IMG/VR virus record: IMGVR_UViG_3300048691_000224
Reading direction: 5' to 3' (one strand)
Length of the DNA: 64,000 bases
DNA from: a virus
Lineage: Duplodnaviria > Caudoviricetes
In this document: piece after piece, positions 62,108 through 64,000 of the stretch
Layout: each line of letters begins with the position of its first letter
How positions within the stretch are numbered: the stretch's first letter is position 1
Program-made: the position numbers and the translations under genes
Notes under the pieces: model-generated
Database searches by the model: none
What the model saw: only the letters and a program-made list of their open reading frames with translations
What the model was told of the DNA's origin: nothing

Positions 62108-62710
62108 TCAGAGCTTACCGTTTGGTGTAAATGTCCCCGTCATCGCACCGTGAACATATTCCAGATACTGTTCACCATCTCTCGTTACAGGATTCCCTTC
62201 CAGACCTGGTATGGAGCCAACCTTGGCAATCATTCCAGCTTCACAAACCTTACCCACGACAGTGTTACCGATAATCTGGCCAGTGATTGATACACCTGCG
62301 GGTGATGCCATTCCGATTTTACCGTCAGGCATCACGCCACCCGTAACCGGAAAGTGTTCATCACTAAACACTGTGATCCAAGATTTATCTGTCTTCTGCC
62401 CATTTGCATCGATTTCAAATGCATAGTGTCCACTCAACCAAATTCCGCCGTCAGGTGAACCTCCGCCAAGCACAGCATTATCAATTGAGTCGTCTCCTGT
62501 CACAGTGTGCCCGTGATTAACGAGACTTGTGTTGCGTGCAGCAATGCGAGCTTCGTGTGAAGGCATCGTGAATGACCCCACAAGTGTTCCTGGATAATAT
62601 TTAACGGGCTCGGGAGCGGCGGGGGTTTGAACTTTAGGGCTGAAGTAGCCTAATTTGTACCCACGATATCCCAAGTACCCTAATACGATGAATAAGAATG
62701 CGAAAAACAT
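62108..62710 (-). CDS. Membrane-anchored beta-rich hypothetical protein (paralogue A)
   Basis: N-terminal TM segment; Gly-rich beta pattern shared with 62723-63271. Confidence 0.65.
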   Translation of the reverse strand: MFFAFLFIVLGYLGYRGYKLGYFSPKVQTPAAPEPVKYYPGTLVGSFTMPSHEARIAARNTSLVNHGHTVTGDDSIDNAVLGGGSPDGGIWLSGHYAFEIDANGQKTDKSWITVFSDEHFPVTGGVMPDGKIGMASPAGVSITGQIIGNTVVGKVCEAGMIAKVGSIPGLEGNPVTRDGEQYLEYVHGAMTGTFTPNGKL

Positions 62711-62722
62711 ATTAAAATTCCT

Positions 62723-63271
62723 TTAGTTAATGATGGCTTCGTCACACGGAGGGCGGAGCTCACCTGTCATATTACCTGCAATCAGTTGGTGTGCTCCACA
62801 GGCTACACCTGTTAATTTACCATACTTGATTATACCCTCACACGATAACCCATACGATCCATACGCCAGATGGAATGTTCCGTCATAATTAACCTTGCCG
62901 CTGATTATGGTTTCCTTGCGGGTGGTGTGTTGTGTTTTTACCCAACCAGATGTAATTGCTCCAGTGTGGTCGATTGTGAAGCTGAACTCACCAATCAAGA
63001 ATACACCTCCGTGCTCCCCCGCGAGACCTGTTGCTGTATTATCAGTGACGTTGCTAATTTTTGGAAATGATGGAACGTAGAGGCGCTCACCAAGGTATGC
63101 GTCCCTCAGCGATAACAGATAGTACTCATCACTACTTGGTGGACATATCGTACCTTCGACGACTCCTTGGTGGGGGTTAGTATACTGTGGGATGTGGGTA
63201 GGCTCTGGTGGTTGGTTACCTACCCAGAGTGCAGACCAAATACGGCGGGCGATGGAAATAATTGAATTCAT
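62723..63271 (-). CDS. Beta-rich hypothetical protein (paralogue B)
   Basis: GVFLIGEFSFTIDHTG..W..GKVNYDG..GNMTG aligns with paralogue A; CTAAATA upstream at 63296-63302. Confidence 0.65.
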   Translation of the reverse strand: MNSIISIARRIWSALWVGNQPPEPTHIPQYTNPHQGVVEGTICPPSSDEYYLLSLRDAYLGERLYVPSFPKISNVTDNTATGLAGEHGGVFLIGEFSFTIDHTGAITSGWVKTQHTTRKETIISGKVNYDGTFHLAYGSYGLSCEGIIKYGKLTGVACGAHQLIAGNMTGELRPPCDEAIIN

Positions 63272-63295
63272 GAGGAGGGATTTTTAATGGCTTCT

Positions 63296-63325
63296 TATTT
63301 AGTAAGCACTGCTGTGGTATAAATA
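63296..63325. promoter_or_regulatory. Back-to-back divergent late promoters
   Basis: CTAAATA on the minus strand (63296-63302) and TATAAATA on the plus strand (63318-63325). Confidence 0.65.
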
Positions 63326-63347
63326 GTGATTTACAGCAGGTACACTT

Positions 63348-64000
63348 ATGCACAATCTCGAAATTCGTTCCTTCCTTCAATTGGCGGAACACGTAAAACA
63401 AAATTTATCAATTGATGAATTAGAATTAAACAAACTATATGACACTCGAGAATTCGATTGGTTGATTCGCGATCAAGAGAATTGCCTAATTCCTGTGATT
63501 GGTCTGATTCGCAAGCAAGCCAAATTAATTGAATTTGAATTTTCTACCGGTGAGACTGTAGTGTGTGCAGATCATCACATGTTTGCTACTAATGCACGGA
63601 ATGATGTCATCGTCGCAAGTGAAATGAAGGTTGGTGATCTATTAGCCAAGACATCTGGTGACATCGCCGTGGTAGTTTCTAAAATTTCCACAGGTGTTGT
63701 TAGTGATGTCTATGATATCCAAGTGCAATCTGAGAAGATGTTGTATAGCGACGCCGCAGGTTTTGTTCACCACAATACTCACACTGTTGAGGAAACTCTT
63801 CAAAATCTAGGCTTATCAGACGGCGATGGTTATTTTAAGAACACTTCATCAGGATCTGCTGCTGGTCTATACAAGACACTCTTTATGAATCGTACTGGAA
63901 TTGTGGTTCTTGATGATTGTGACACGATCGTATCTACCCAAGAAGGTCGCAACTTACTGAAAGCTGCACTGGATACTAAGAAGAAGCGTAAATTAGTTTG
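63348..64000 (+). CDS. C-terminal half of the split AAA+ ATPase: 143-aa C-intein plus C-extein (partial, runs off the window)
   Basis: Manual translation: MHNLEIRSF...TVVCADHHMF (block B)...VYDIQV (block F)...FVHHN|THTVEETL...IVVLDDCD (Walker B)...LLKAALDT. Asn at 63774-63776, Thr+1 at 63777. Absent from the ORF track because it has no stop in the window. Confidence 0.9.
   Translation, partial: MHNLEIRSFLQLAEHVKQNLSIDELELNKLYDTREFDWLIRDQENCLIPVIGLIRKQAKLIEFEFSTGETVVCADHHMFATNARNDVIVASEMKVGDLLAKTSGDIAVVVSKISTGVVSDVYDIQVQSEKMLYSDAAGFVHHNTHTVEETLQNLGLSDGDGYFKNTSSGSAAGLYKTLFMNRTGIVVLDDCDTIVSTQEGRNLLKAALDTKKKRKLV

Noticed and set aside
60690-63347. Group I/II intron removing the gap at RNA level to give a cis-intein
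   Set aside because: No intron core motifs recognised. The gap holds a bidirectional terminator and opposite-strand genes, and the C-half has its own late promoter and ATG.
1-64000. Stop-codon reassignment as in some large phages
   Set aside because: Conserved genes are full length in code 11, and TAA, TAG and TGA all appear as stops.

Overview
Fragment of a large lytic (jumbo, T4-superfamily-like) myophage genome. Almost all genes are on the minus strand and read in the standard code. 1-12.4 kb is a replication/recombination module: clamp loader gp62/gp44, GroES, a stand-alone DnaE fragment, UvsW, UvsY, UvsX/RecA and gp32. 12.8-45 kb is an accessory/early region driven by repeated sigma70-type promoters. 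It carries an RNA ligase, Thg1, a nucleotidyltransferase, phosphoesterases, an HD hydrolase, TnpB, dCMP deaminase, a tRNA-like gene with a 25-nt anticodon-loop insertion and many small modular ORFs. 45-59 kb holds a radical SAM enzyme, a putative structural gene, a circularly permuted two-piece tmRNA, Acb2, DsbA, an exonuclease, candidate head-targeted proteins, gp41 helicase and Rnl1. The standout is at 59.7-64 kb on the plus strand: a fractured AAA+ ATPase gene split inside its Walker A motif by a naturally split intein. The N-intein is only 14 aa (CLDPNSELAGVFGE) and the C-intein is 143 aa (ending HHN/T). The halves lie 2.66 kb apart, separated by a Vsr/EDxHD-like endonuclease gene with a late promoter and translation-blocking hairpin, and by two opposite-strand paralogues. 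The supplied ORF track missed the C-terminal half (63348 to window end). All family assignments come from motif recognition by eye; no searches were run.
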